Shown: positions 1-12,633 of the stretch, piece after piece | How positions within the stretch are numbered: the first letter of the stretch is position 1 | How the letters are laid out: each line of letters starts with the position of its first letter | Assembly: GCA_001949185.1 (NCBI GenBank) | Contig: BDGG01000007.1 | Location: 2,252,730-2,316,729, forward strand | DNA length: 64,000 nucleotides | Reading direction: 5' to 3' | Source of the DNA: Ramazzottius varieornatus | Taxonomy: Eukaryota; Animalia; Tardigrada | Made by a program: the position numbers and the translations under genes | Notes under the pieces: generated by a model | Databases searched by the model: none | The model's input: the letters and a program-made list of their open reading frames with translations, nothing else | Told to the model about the DNA's origin: nothing

Positions 1-533
1 GGACTTCCGCCCTTATAGACAGCTGGTTAAATGACAACTGCTTCCTTGTATCCTCTTTTTCTCGACGATCCACCATGTCTGACTGTCGGTTCTTCCCTTT
101 CCGCCGCCAAAAGGGTCTGCCGTATTTTCCCTCTCTGCTTGACACAAGGTAACGCAATTGCCTTCCAAAATCATCAACCAGTGTGCAGACATACAGGGTG
201 ACACGAGAATGACACTGGATTTCGAGAGAGACCGGCAGCTAGAGCCCCCTATCTCTGTCCTCCGATCATTCATTTCTTTCTATACACTGTACCGTAACTG
301 CAATATCCATAGTGGGGATAAGAAGATATCCGACAGCATCTCTATTGTGTACTTCGCGACTTGAAGACTTCCTTCAGCCGATTTGAATATCCGCTTGGCC
401 TACAGTTGCGCTGAATCTCACCAGCACTGCACCGCCTAGAAGTTAGTAGGAGAAAATTCGACCCGAAGAGGATGTGTTCGTACGGTTTGGTAGCGCTTCA
501 GTATTAAAGTTCAAGGGAAGACTCCGTGAAGTG

Positions 534-800
534 CGGTGCATTGTTTTCACCATCCTTCACCGACTCGGTGAAAACTTCACTGGCGCGCTGAAGAACGGTG
601 AAGGATGGTGAAGGAAGTAGACTCGGTCCATTGATTCATTGTATGGTCATACCTTGATTAATTGACTAATTTAGGATGAAACCAATCAGTCAAGGTATAA
701 TTGATCAATCAATCAATGGATCGAATCTGCTGTCTCCACCATTCTTCACTGCGTCAGTGAAATTTTCCCCAAGTCGGTGAAGGTTAGGGAGAATACACTG
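534..800. mobile_element. Foldback/MITE-like palindromic element (~270 bp)
   Basis: Arm 554-667 (ccttcaccgactcggtgaaaacttcactggcgc...tccattgatt...ataccttgattaattg) is the imperfect reverse complement of 682-783; short central loop; no ORF; no clear TSD. Confidence 0.65.
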
Positions 801-813
801 TGGGCCAATTAGG

Positions 814-1574
814 TACTGTACAGCAAAAGGGGCCAAGGCCAGAATCGAGTTTTCGACCGGTGACGGAGCAATTAAACAGCTGATCAAGCTGCAATCCACA
901 GACGTGAATTAGACAGCTTGATGGGTAGACCTGAGAAAAGTGTGATTAAGTGTGGTGTTTTTCGGTTCGGTGCTTCTCCACACCGAAACTGGTTTTTCGG
1001 TGCGAAAGCCACACCACTTTTTCCGGTGTGGTATGGATCGGACACCACTCTTTCGGTGCACCACACCAAACCAAATCGAAAAACCGAAAAAAGTCTCAAA
1101 GAGCGAATTCACAATTTATTAATCCGTCATCAACAAATCGAACTGCGCTGTAAGAAACTCAAAAAAATACCAAGATTTCAAACACATCGAAATTTGCACG
1201 GTCGTACTATCTAGTGAACTTTCAACAACAATCAACAGTTAGTCGGATCAACCACGGGGCGGAACAGCGAGTTTGCGATAATCATCTAGCCAAAGCTAGC
1301 TGACTAGCTAATTAAATCTGGTGCACCAAAAGTTTTTCGGTTTGGTGTGATGTAGTGTTCCTAGACACCGAAACGGCAAATTCGGTGTGACTCGGACACC
1401 AATTTTTCGATTTGGTGTTTCAAGCACACCGAAACCAAAAAGAGTGGTTTTTTTCGCTGTGGTGTGGTGAAACCGCACCATCCTCAGGTCTATTGATGGG
1501 CCAATTACTTGGAGCCCAAGTTCTTACGGCACCAATTGAAAAGTCGGGTTTGGCCCTTCCCCCTTTTACAGTAG
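814..1574. mobile_element. Older degenerate TIR element interrupted by the hAT MITE
   Basis: Left end tactgt..aaaaggggccaaggcc..cgagttttcga..ggtg resembles the reverse complement of 1525-1574 (caccaattgaaaagtcgggtttggcccttcccccttttacagta). Confidence 0.4.
926..1492. mobile_element. Non-autonomous hAT-type MITE (567 bp)
   Basis: TIR TAGACCTGAG (926-935) / CTCAGGTCTA (1483-1492); perfect 8-bp TSD TTGATGGG at 918-925 and 1493-1500; many subterminal CACCGAAA/TTTCGGTG repeats. Confidence 0.9.
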
Positions 1575-1728
1575 CTTATTTGCCTACACTGTATCTTATC
1601 TCGCCTAGCTGTTGGATATCATGGCCAAGTACGCTACGATATTTGAGCAAGACGGCGTTTATCTTTGTCAAAACTGCGTTGCGAATCGACGAACTTTTGT
1701 GAAGCGCCAGGGAATACAATAGATGAAA

Positions 1729-4103
1729 TTAAGCGTCAAGAACTTCGCCATCAGGAATACCAAAATCAGGGAAGAAAGCCGGACAAGGTAAGCAAGTGAT
1801 CATGTATCCTCCTCGCATCTGGGGGGTGGCTCCTTCCAAGTTACATCCGTGAGGTTCCTCGCAGACGGGGACGGTGGCGTTAGGCGGACAGGCCCATGGA
1901 GCAAAGCTGTTGATACTGGAGAGCGGCGTAGGATTTTGCATCCAGGCAATAATTTGCGAGGTGGTGACAAAGTAGACGTCCCGATGGGCAGCCAGCGTGC
2001 TATCAATCCAGTTGATCAGGCCGACCAAGTGCTCCGGCACGAACCAATTGGTACTCATGGAGAGGATGAGAGGGGCTCTGTTGGTGCTGTAGTGTTTCTG
2101 AAAGTTCTTCTCCAACATCGCCGACATATCTTCGACGCTTTCGGCGCGCGAGCAGGAGCCCAGGACCGAGCACTGTTCGTCAAAGACGCCGGTCAGTTGG
2201 TTGAGGGGTACTTGCCACAAGCCAGGGAAGGAGCGCGCCGGGCACTGGGCCTGCTTCTCGGGTGGGTAGCAGCGGTGGGGGATGCGGTAGTTGAGGGTGT
2301 AGGGCCAGAGGGGAATGTCCGAAGGCGGCGCCGACATGGTGCTGTCCCACTTGATACCGTTGTGGGCCATCATGGAGAACTGGGCGTTGCCGGAACCCTT
2401 CAGGTTGGGCACGCGCATGCCTTGCATGCTAGCTTCCGGTATACGGGCAAACTTGGATATGATGCGGCGAGCCGTAACAAACTCCCGTTGCAGCTTGTCT
2501 TCGCTGGTCTTCAACCAGTAACTTTCCGGTCGATCGTTGCTGGAAAACAAAACAAGAAATCTTTGTCTGACTGAAAACAACCGGAGGTACTATCGCAGTT
2601 GGAAACAGACGAAAATGTCCTTTTAGACAGCGATGGCTCTTTCCATTGTGCAACACTGTGCCACTACCACTCTCGCACAGCGGTTTGGCCTCTTTTCCAG
2701 CGGATTTAGGCATCTTTTCTACACTTACTCGACACCCTTCAGAGCAATCTCTTGGCCGTCCTTGGCCAGCTTCTCGGTATACTGATAGTTGTTGAACTCG
2801 TGGGAGATGAAGAAGGTTCCTCGAATGCCGCAGCCATTAGGGTTGCTTCGGTTGGCGGCGAAGATGGCATCGTAGATGGGAATGTTGTTGTCATTGATGG
2901 CATCTGAAATATTCCAACGCCTAAAGTTATCAATACTTTGTGGAAAGGAGGTCAAGGAGTGAAGGACAGTAAAGCTGCACCCACCGTCGAACTGAAGAGC
3001 AATCATCTGAGGTACTTGGTTGACGGGCAGATCGTCAGGGATGGCGATGCCGTGCGGACTGCAAAAGCAATCAGGAAGTTGGCATTGATCTTTGGAGCAA
3101 GCATCCGCCCGCAGCGGGTCGTCATCAAGACCTGAAAGGACACGTCAGCTCTTTCATGACACTACTGGCAGGCACAATGCATGGCACACATTGCTCTACT
3201 GGGCTACTTGGAAAGTGATTTAATTGTACCCAGCGTACTGCGCCCAGTTTGACTTACTGCACAAAGTCTCGTCGGAACCGTCAGCGCAATCAGCGACGTT
3301 GTTGCAAAACAGCTCTTTGGCCACGCATTTTCCATCGGCACAACTGTAGTCGGTCGCTGCGCAGTTGGTCGAATTGAAGACTGGGTGAGGAGTTGTCGGT
3401 GGCTGGAAATCGGCCTCTGAGCGAAACAAAACGACGGTGACAGCTGGTCAAGGCTACTGTCTGTATTTTGAGACGTCGACACATGGATTCAGCAAGATCG
3501 TCATGTCCAGTGGCGCCTTTACATGGTGACTGCTTCTGAGCGTGCGCCACTTGGATAAGTGGATCAAACTGAATTCCTTCTGTTGCTTATTATAATTTGA
3601 TACAGGGCCTCCCATTGGATAAAGACTTCTTACTGGTATCGAGGGCGCAGTTGTCCACTGTCATGGCACTTTTGCCCTCGCAAACCTGGCTGACGACGTT
3701 GAAGAAGGTGTCGGGAGGACAAGCCAGCTTGAAGACGACGCCCATGACGCATCGGTAGAAAGACTTGCATTCTTTTAGGAGGTCGGCCGGCGTGCTGCGA
3801 GCTCGTTGGGGGTTCCTGTAGAAAGCTTGGCCCTGTACGCAAGTCGCCGCTTGACTGAAGGAAAACTGACGCTTCTCCCTCTCGCCGCCGTATACTATGA
3901 TTAGACAAACAAAAATTTGGAAAATCCTAGAGAAATAGTCGACTTCGCTCTTCTCCAGCACCTGCTTTAAGTATTCAAGCTTTCAACGCGGAGCTTCAAA
4001 GCCAATTTGTAGAGATCGATCATTTTGGGGACGACGGTGGGGGCTTACCTGTTTGCAGTGTGACGATGGCCAGTAAGGCAACGAGCAGTATCCTGGCCAT
4101 CAT
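1729..4103 (-). CDS. Chitin deacetylase-like protein (signal peptide, CBM14, LDLa, CE4 domain; serpentine/vermiform-like architecture), metal ligands substituted
   Basis: Spliced exons: MMARILLVALLAIVTLQT (4103-4049), CBM14 (3894-3634), LDLa CAATDYSCADGKC..DCADGSDE, CQLPDCFCS..VPQMIALQFDDAIN..NPNGCGIRGTFFISH, then ORF 1729-2580 with LWPYTL..HYSTNRAP. Confidence 0.9.
3490..3556. repeat. Palindromic GGCGCAC-N25 module, in CDA intron
   Basis: cagtggcgcc-N23-gtgcgccacttgg with left outer arm caagatcg. Confidence 0.65.
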
Positions 4104-4714
4104 GCCGGAAGTCCAGGGGTTCTCCCAGCTGCAGGCAGTAACAAGAGAAGGGCTACAGAAGATGGGCACTGGTCAGATCTTTCACTGGCTGAAGAAGCCC
4201 AGCGCATCAAAAAGAATACCTAACTGTTAACTGCGCTAGCTTCTGTCTTCTGTGTCAGAAGCCAAAGATGAGACGGTTGCGCAAGATATTACAGCCTTAT
4301 GCCAGTCTTTCTTACAGACATTTGGCATTCATGTGGGTTTGTGGGTTGATTTTTAGCCCAAGGCTCTCCACGACTTCCTTTCCGCCACCTCGTACCGCAC
4401 AAAAGCCGAAGAATCGAATGTCGAAGCAAGGCTTTGGTCAAAGTAAAACAAGTCAGGCGCCGACTTTCGCTTCTTTTTCGTACTGAACTATCGCTACAGC
4501 ACAATCACAGTCAGGAAACTGTCGTCAAACAGTGCCACTAAGAAAAGCTTTTATCGTCAATCTGACACCTTTGACATTCATTCATGACTTGCCAATGAGC
4601 ACCGCTCTCATTCGAAATTACGCTGCAGCATCCAATAACATTTTCTTCATCGAGGCCAACAACCGACCAAAACATTTCCATTTCCTGATCTTGTGTGAGA
4701 CATAGTCAAATGCA

Positions 4715-4812
4715 GTCGACAAGATTGTTTTCTCAAGTGACGCACACTTCCAGCCCATAACACTGTAAAGATGCGCCACTTAGGGACCTCGACAAGATCG
4801 TTTCGACATGCG
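4715..4812. repeat. Palindromic GGCGCAC-N25 module, intergenic
   Basis: tcgacaagattgttttctcaagtgacgcac-N25-atgcgccactt followed by a second outer arm ctcgacaagatcgttt. Confidence 0.8.
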
Positions 4813-5202
4813 GCGCGTGTAATGAGTGATACTGACTGAACGCGTGCGCGACTCGGGCGATTGTCCAGTCGGTTTACCGAGCTCTCATATTATACGGTAC
4901 TTCTTTCGCTAGAGTGTCGAGAAACTTTGCATCCGTCTTACTGAAGGATCAAACTTTCCTCATTGTTTCCCGCAATTTTTCCTGTACAGTTTCCCGCCGG
5001 ACAAAAGCTCCATAAAAAGATCCTTATATTAACGTTGACGCATTGGTCTGAACAATTTTGGGTATACTTGCATGAAACCACAGTGCAGGAGAGGACAGAA
5101 ATGTGTCAAGGCCAAACTGATCACCATTGTTAAAACAGCACATTTGCCCACAGAAAACCAAGTAATAATATCTGGAAATGACATTAAAAAAGAGGAAGAG
5201 TT

Positions 5203-8200
5203 TTAGGCGACGTAATTATACTGGGTCTGTTCCTCCTTATCACGGGCCATGTAATCACGTTCAATCAAGCTCTCGATGCGCTTCTTCAGATCGTGCGGCG
5301 TCACAGGAAACCTCAACTGCTTGTAAATCTCCGACAGCAGCAAGGCGTGCTTCAGCGACTTTCTCGTCTTCATTATCCTCACTACAAAAATTACCACCAA
5401 ATTTTGAAACCGATTATCAAGATGTTCTCGATTTCCTCATGGTAATTTGCAGTCAAACAGTTTCCAACATGTAATCCTTGTTCAATTTTCCTCACCGATC
5501 GCCGCGTCAATCTGGTACTGTCGATCCGCCATAACACCCTCCTCGGTCTTGTGTTGTTCTTCCGGCTAAAAAATGAAACAGAAATGTCAACCCTCAAACC
5601 TAACGCAGGGATATTCGGGATAGTTTCCCAAGTGGCGCACCCTTCCAGCTAGTAACACAGGTCACATGCGCCACTTCGGAAAATATATCTGCTGAACTTC
5701 CATTTCGGACAAATGTCGGGACAAACTAGTAGTTTGCTTGTGGTTTATCCTTACCGTTTCCTGAGCTTGGATGGCGTTGATCTTGACCCTATAAGCTTTG
5801 CTTTTGAAGTCTGCGTTGTAGCTAAAGGTGTCTTCCCTGGACAAGTTGGCCGCCGCGCCGCTCTTGTTCAGCACCCTAACTTTGTCGGTACAGAGCGAGC
5901 CCAAGACCCTCTTCAGCTCCTCCTCTTCAATGCCACTAGCTTGCTGGATCTCACTGTAGGTCATCTCGTCCACATTGTTAAAGAGGAGGAGGACGACAGT
6001 CTGCAGTTGCGACACCTGAAACTCCTTGGCTGTACCCAGGCCGGCATAGTTGGCCTTGACGCGACACTGACCCATGTTGGCCAGCCACTTCAAGGTCCGA
6101 CCATTATGGTTGGACGTATAATAGCTCTGGAAGGACGTCAGATAGACGGACATATCGGGCGGCAATGTCACCTGCAAAAAAGAAGCAAAAGGTCAACTGC
6201 AACTTGAGAAAACAAAACTCGACTAGAACGTTTTCCCAAGTGGTGCAAGTGTTAGTCTCTTTGGCTAGCAGCGTGCGCACGCAGAAAATAATCTTGTTGA
6301 GTCAAACTATTATCTGGTTTTACACTAGTACGCTGAGTGGGGAATTCTATCTGAAATAATATACCAGACGCAAAAACGTTTTCTGTTTTATTCAGATTTT
6401 GAAACATTTTCCAATAGAATAACTTTTCGTTGATTTTCCAACTTTTTGTATTTTTTCTGTATAAAAAGTTCGAAGTTTCGTTCTTTTGAGGCATAAAAAT
6501 GTACATTGATAGGTGTGTAAGGCGGCCAGATTCCCTGTGTGAGGACCATGACTGCGAAGTCAAGCGAGGACTTGGTGGTGTTCTTGGGGTTAGCCGGGTG
6601 TTCGGCGAAGGCCGTTTGGTAGTCTTTGCTGATCTCGCAGTCACGGAACATGTTCTCCAGGCGACTAGTGAAGCCCGCTCCACATTCCGTCTTCAGCTTG
6701 GCCAGCATCAGCTTCTCCGCGTCCTGCGAGGCACTCAACGACAAGAGCAACCTCTTTGCCAAGTCTTTCTTGTAAAAGGCTTCGAAAACATCCTTCCCTG
6801 CAAGAAACAAACGACCTTTCCCATCAAAAAGAAACCAGGCATCTCTCCGCTTCAAATAGCTACCCCCATTTCTATCTTCTATTGACCAAAATAGATACGG
6901 AGGTACTCTCTCACGTTACGAACGGCGTAACTCTCCTGGGTTACTATTCGACACGCATCAACAAGAAAAATCAGCAAAATCAGGACAGCAATTGGCCAAT
7001 CTGCAAACTCCACCTTAGTTCGTTCAAATGTTTAATTATACGGTTGGCCTGTGAAATCCGTACCATGGATGTAGCGGAAGAGAATGAGAAGCCTGTCCAT
7101 GAGCTTATCCAGTTCTTCTTCGGTGGCTTCCTTGTTGCCGGCTTTCAGCCTCATGTCCAGGTACTTTGCGATCATTTCCGCCGGTCGGTTGGCTCGTTGG
7201 TTAATAAAGTGTTCAAAGCCTTCTCTGGCCGCGTCCTTGAAGTTGGAGTCGTCTTTGAAGCAGGTGTGGAGGACTTCGTCGATGCGCAGCTTCAGGTTCA
7301 GCATTTCCGACACCATGTTCTTGTCTTGCTGCTCGTCCATGACGATGACGCGCCCTTTCTTCTTGATGTATTCACGGAAGGCTTTGCACAGCTCGGGCAG
7401 GCCTTCGGCCGTGCGGCAAAGGAGAGAGTACATCAGAGCCAGGTCCTCGATGCGCTTGTCGTCGATCATCATGTCCGTTCCTTTGGCAATCATCGTTTTC
7501 TGATGAACCTAAAACTCCACAGAAAATATTCAAAATATTCCTCCTTCCCCAAAGCACTCTACGATTTCGTCGCAAATATTACGCCGAAAAATCCCAGCAA
7601 ACGGAAGCCCGGCAAACAAACGCGACAAGACTTCTTTCTAGGTGGCGCAACTTTTTGGCCAACAACACTGTATACATGCGCCATTTGAGAAAAGAATCTT
7701 ATTGAGGTTCTCAAGTGGCGCACTTTTGCAAGCGTCATTGGCCGGAGAGTGCGCTAATCGGATCACAGCCTTCTCAGGTTTATGCGCCAAGCTCCTAGGT
7801 CAGAAAGACATTTCTGCAAATAAATCCGCAAACTTAGTCCTGACAGTGAAAAGGTCTTACCTCGATAAGTTCGGCTTCGACGGTTGGAAGCAGCTTCTTC
7901 CTCGTTGAGATCTGCAGGTAGTTATCAATACGGTCGACTTCTTCCTTCAGTCTCTTTTCAACGTATCTTAGGTACTCTGGGACGGGACGGTTATCGATAA
8001 AGTCTTGGCTTTCTGCTCTGTACAGGTTTTTCGTGTCCCGCACGAAACTCTCCTCGAACTTGCCTTCGTACAGTGAAAGCTCCGCCAGCATTCTCATCAC
8101 ATTCTTCAGCAGAGCTCGATCAACCTTTAAAGAAGAAAACATTTCAACAAGACTTTTTCGTAAGGATGTGAAGTTTTTCTTACTTGGTCGCCGCTGCGCT

Positions 8201-9229
8201 CTTTGGCCACTTCTCTCAAGAGTCCCTGGAAGATTTTCTTCTCAGCGTTCTCGGACTCTTCAAGGTACTTTCGGCACATGTGGATACCCAGGTCCCAAAT
8301 GCCGAGGGTATCAGCGCGGTTCAGACAGTAAGTTCGATCGAGAACCAGGAAGATGCATCGGATCAGCTTCGTCTTCTGACATAAGTCTTGCCACTGAACT
8401 TCCACGAACTTCAGAAACTGAGAATCGTCCATGGCCCCAGACTGTGCCTCAACCTTGCCCATCCACTGCAAAGACAGTAGGACACATTAGACAGGCGGGA
8501 AGAACCAAAAGCCAAAGATCTGTACATTCATTACAACTCCGTACTGAGTTACCGGGACTGCGGTTAAGGCCGTGCCGTATCATCTACAGTATATATACAG
8601 GGCTCTGCCAGAAACGCTTCCCAATAATACAGCTGCGGCACGGTCTTGACAAGCCGGAAGTCACACTCAACCGTTAGAACGTCGATTGATTGACCACCTT
8701 GGTTTACCTGTGCGACGTGAATTCTGAATAGTTCCTTCAAGTCTTGGTAGGTTGATTGTTCAAACTTATTGGCCACGGCGATTTCCACTTTGGTGTAGAG
8801 CGTCTCGAAGGGTTGAGAAAGCTTCATTCCGTCAAAGACCATGTCCGTGGCTTCCCTCAGTTGCTGCCATATGACAGGGTAGGACTCCCCTCCGATAGGT
8901 TGATTCTCAGCTTGAGAAGCGACAGTAGAGGCCAGAGGCCGGAAGTTCTTGATGGTGCCTTTCTTGCCTTCCAAAGTCTGATTCTGCAGTCCAAAAGAAG
9001 AACGATCTGGTTTGGCCAGCTTCTTGCGCCGTGCTGACAACGCTTTGTCACCCATGTCATCCATGCGGACGGCCCCGTTGGTCCCAGTGTATGTCTCGAC
9101 GAAGGCGAGCTTGGATATGTACTGAATGTCGGAAATATCCCGCAGTGTTTCGATCGTCTGGCGTCGCTCGTTCTCCTCCTGCGCTTGCTGCACACGACGC
9201 GGATACTTACGCCGTGGCTGGTCCGACAT
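5203..9229 (-). CDS. CUL4: Cullin-4
   Basis: Multi-exon; [41 protein letters not shown], and neddylation domain [41 protein letters not shown]. Start uncertain (ATG 9229 or 9065). Confidence 0.93.
5622..5684. repeat. Palindromic GGCGCAC-N25 module, CUL4 intron
   Basis: ttcccaagtggcgcac-N25-atgcgccacttcggaaaa. Confidence 0.8.
6218..6300. repeat. Palindromic GGCGCAC-N25 module, CUL4 intron
   Basis: ctcgactagaacgttttcccaagtggtgcaa-N24-gtgcgcac..aaaataatcttgttgag. Confidence 0.7.
7622..7760. repeat. Palindromic module, 2-unit array, CUL4 intron
   Basis: Two units with 25-nt spacers (7651-7675, 7724-7748), period 73, spacers in opposite orientation. Confidence 0.8.
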
Positions 9230-9947
9230 GGAGAGTGTCAACCATTAAGAGAGAGTGACAATCTCTGGAAGAAGGGATCGTTTCGAGGATGGGAAAAACA
9301 AACGAAACCCCATAACGGTTTGAAATTACATACCGAACCGACGATATCCACAAAGCACATTCAAAATGCGGTTCGGCAGATTGCCCACCTGGGAATAACT
9401 CAAATTTGGTGCGGTTACTTGTACCGCAACCACAGATCGAATCTGTCAGATTCCCTTTGGCTATCCCGACTTCCGAAGCAACGATATCGACAGCACGTCT
9501 CTTCTGATCGAGAGTAGGTCTCGGATGTTGCTCTCACTCAGCAATGGTAATCGTGGAAGAACCTGGAAAAGAAGGAGGAGAAGAAAGTGGGTGTTGGATA
9601 GCCAGAAAAATCATCATTCTGCATTCAATTCTAATTTCTAAATTCTAACGTGACAAGCCAGCAGGCGAGTCAATCAACTGAGAAAGGAATCCACTCAATC
9701 AAGCCTTGACCGGGTTGCGCCGTGTGCGTCACTGAAGTGCTGGGAGTTCAAACCCCATAATCAAGCCCTTAATCGATACGTCGGTACGACCGTATGACGT
9801 TATGGGGCGTCTTCCAATTTCCGAGTACCGACGAGAATTCTGGACCTCTTTACTCCCAAGTTCCAAGTGGATCCTTCGCCTTATACTGTAGCCCCATGTC
9901 AATCCGGGATAGTCTGTCCGAACTGTAGACCGCAAGTCACCAGAAGA

Positions 9948-12633
9948 ATGCCACGGATGGTCAGGAAGAAGTCATCAGGAAGAAGTGCCGCCAAAGGCCG
10001 AGCCAGAAAAGCTGCCTCTGTCTTTCCCAACCTCAACCTCAACGTCCGTCGACGAGATTGTCCGCCATCTCCCCACAAGCAACTGGATGTTTTCAAGGAA
10101 TGCCACCCCGAACCATCGCTCCTCCAGTTCGTCCATCCAGCTGCAGGACAAGTCGTGATCCACAATCGGACGACGGTAACCACTGTCACCAGTGAAACTC
10201 TCGTCGTCCTTGTTCTTCCTCCCTCTCCGGAATGCTACACCAACCCGCCTCCGGAAGAATACTGCTCTACAAGTTCCGAATACCCACCTTCGCATTCCTA
10301 CCCTCCAGATTATGGATATGATTACAGTCCTCTATTGGCCGAGTACGAATACTGCGGATGTGATGACTTCGAGCCGAATCCACAGTTCAACGGCCAGGAG
10401 CTTCCTGCACTACCACCGAAGCTCGAACAAAAGTTCGTAAACTCTCGATCAAAGTTCATTCCTATATTAGTTTACTCAGCTATTTTTCTTTCTTTTCCAG
10501 TTTGTGGGTAATGGAAAGGATCGATGGTATACTGGCGCATGTTGAGGAAGCTAGCCAGCTTGGAAGGACTCCATTTATCGAGTACGATCTTCTTGGGGAA
10601 ACCTGGCAAGATTTTGAGCTCGTCCAGAACGCATTCCTTCTGTTAAAACCCACGGGAGTAAAGAAGAAGCTAATAAAGGCTACAGGGCCGCAGGGACGAC
10701 GCTTCGGTATGTTGCTGGATCGAGATATCCGATAGCAAATCCAAGTAAGAAAGTCTGGACGTTGAATCGTTTTTTCCTTGATTTCAGCGATAATCGTGAG
10801 CTTACTGAAGCGCGTGAGGACTCTTCTCGGAGACGATTCGTATGCTACGAAACGGTAAGAACGCTTTCCATCGAGAAGAACTTGTTGCGGAAGCTTTTGC
10901 TGACGGAGGATATCTGGGACCTCGGCAGACTCACTCGACCAGCTTGTTTTCCCAAATGGCGCACGCTGGCAGTTAACATGACTGAAATCGTGCGCTACCT
11001 ATCTACAAAACGAACTGGCCGATTTCTCCCAGTGGCGCACGCTTTCAGCTAGTAGTACTGAAAAGGCGCGCTACTTGGAAATCTCGACAAGATCATTTCG
11101 CCAAGTGGCGCTACGCTGTCCGTGTTGTTGGCTCAATGCGTGCACCATCTACGAAAAGGATCGAGCCGAAGGTCGAGTATGTTTTCCGAGCTCCCATCTT
11201 ACCTGTCTTTTTTCAGGGATCTGTTTTACGAGAATGTAGGCTTGTTTGGCCACCAGCGTCAAGTGGACCAGGCTATCGACACCATGACACTGATCCTGAG
11301 AGTGCCGCGAAGCCATCTGAACGTAATAGCTAGCTCGCGAGGTCTTGTTGCTGGACACCTGAAGCTCCGCAACGAAGTGGGCGTCGTCGTCGACTGCATG
11401 CTGACTACCGAGGTACCGTGTCTTCAAAGTTGGTCCTTTCGGTGAGATGGTGTCCTGGCGGAAATGTTTGGCTGTGTCTGTAGGGTATTCCTGTGCCGTA
11501 CCTGATCGACTACATCGAGATTTTGAAGAGCGACGCCCAAGTCATCTTCGTCATTGAGAAAGACGCCACCTTCCAGCAGCTTCGAGAGGACGAAATTTGT
11601 TGGAAGGAAGACCAGCGCTGTATCTTAATCACGGTAAGTTCTTGTTCGTTTCTGAAAGACTGCTTCATATATCCACGAATACTGGCTAAATTTGAGAACT
11701 TTCTTTTTGTCACTGCCCGATGGTGGTTTTCTTCTCACAGGGACGAGGATACGCCGATGTCACCACTCGTCGCTTCCTGCAGCTGCTTGTCAGCAAGCTA
11801 TGCATCCCGGTGTACATCATCACCGACGGTGATCCGCATGGTCAGTCAAGGATTGACATCTTTTGAAACTCGTGCGCGGCAGAAACCTGTAAAAAATTGC
11901 AAACGAAATGAAACGTACGTGCTGTATATGATTGTTATGTTAAGTGGCGCATGTCTTCACGGTTGTTGACTAGAGGCGTGCGCCACTTGCAACAGCGATC
12001 TTATCGAGTGGCCAAGTGGCGCACGTGTCCAGTAATGTTGGCTAGAAGCGTGCGCCACTTCAGATAAGGGCCTTGTGCATTTCGTTTGCTGGCTTCCCAA
12101 ACCTTAAATGTTTTTCCGATGGTAGGGATGGACATCATGTGCATGTACCGTTACGGAACACGGGTATGAATTTCAGAATAAATTTGGCTGAGATGAGATT
12201 ATTTAGATCTGTGATTCGTATTGCTTTGCCAGTATCAATTTTTCGCAGGCTCCTCATTTTGAGAATATTTCGTTGGCGGTACCGGACGCTAGATGGTTGG
12301 GTGTCTTCCCCAGTGATTTGCAGCAGTTCGGTGTGGACGAAAGCCGGCTTCAGCTGCTGACGGAGAACGACAAAAGATTGGCGCTCGATATTCTCCAACG
12401 ACCATACTGCTCTCTTCCCATGAGACGACAGGTACAACTATTTTCACACCTTTCGTAAGTAATACAATGTAAAGATGGACGAAACAGTTCAAGCTCCTGT
12501 GGTTCTCTTTCAGTTGGAAATTATGCTGGAACGAAATTTCAAGGCGGAAATCCAGAACATTTCCATCATAGCACCGCGTTTTGCCGTCGACGTGTATATT
12601 CCGCTCAAGCTTGAGCAGAATCATTGGATATAG
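9948..12633 (+). CDS. SPO11: Meiotic recombination protein SPO11 (topo VI A-like)
   Basis: Spliced: YATKR|DLFYE (catalytic Tyr), LNVIASSRGLVAG, Toprim VIEKDATFQQL, ILIT|GRGYADVTTRRFL, TDGDPHG|MDIMCMYRYG, WLGVFPSD, KAEIQ; stop TAG 12631-12633. Confidence 0.93.
10934..11170. repeat. Palindromic module, 3-unit array, SPO11 intron
   Basis: Three units, each with a 25-nt spacer (10965, 11041, 11115), period about 74-76. Confidence 0.85.
11941..12068. repeat. Palindromic module, 2-unit array, SPO11 intron
   Basis: aagtggcgcat-N25-gtgcgccacttg..gatcttatcgag..caagtggcgcac-N25-gtgcgccactt; period 72. Confidence 0.85.

Noticed and set aside
13-364. Short ORFs at the window start
   Set aside because: No recognisable product; context truncated.
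1849-2574. Long antisense ORFs (also 6756-7688 and 21546-22184)
   Set aside because: Explained by codon bias of the real genes on the opposite strand.
10934-11170. CRISPR-like array (conserved repeats with fixed-length spacers)
   Set aside because: Eukaryotic intron, only 2-3 units, degenerate repeats, spacers related to each other, and no cas genes.
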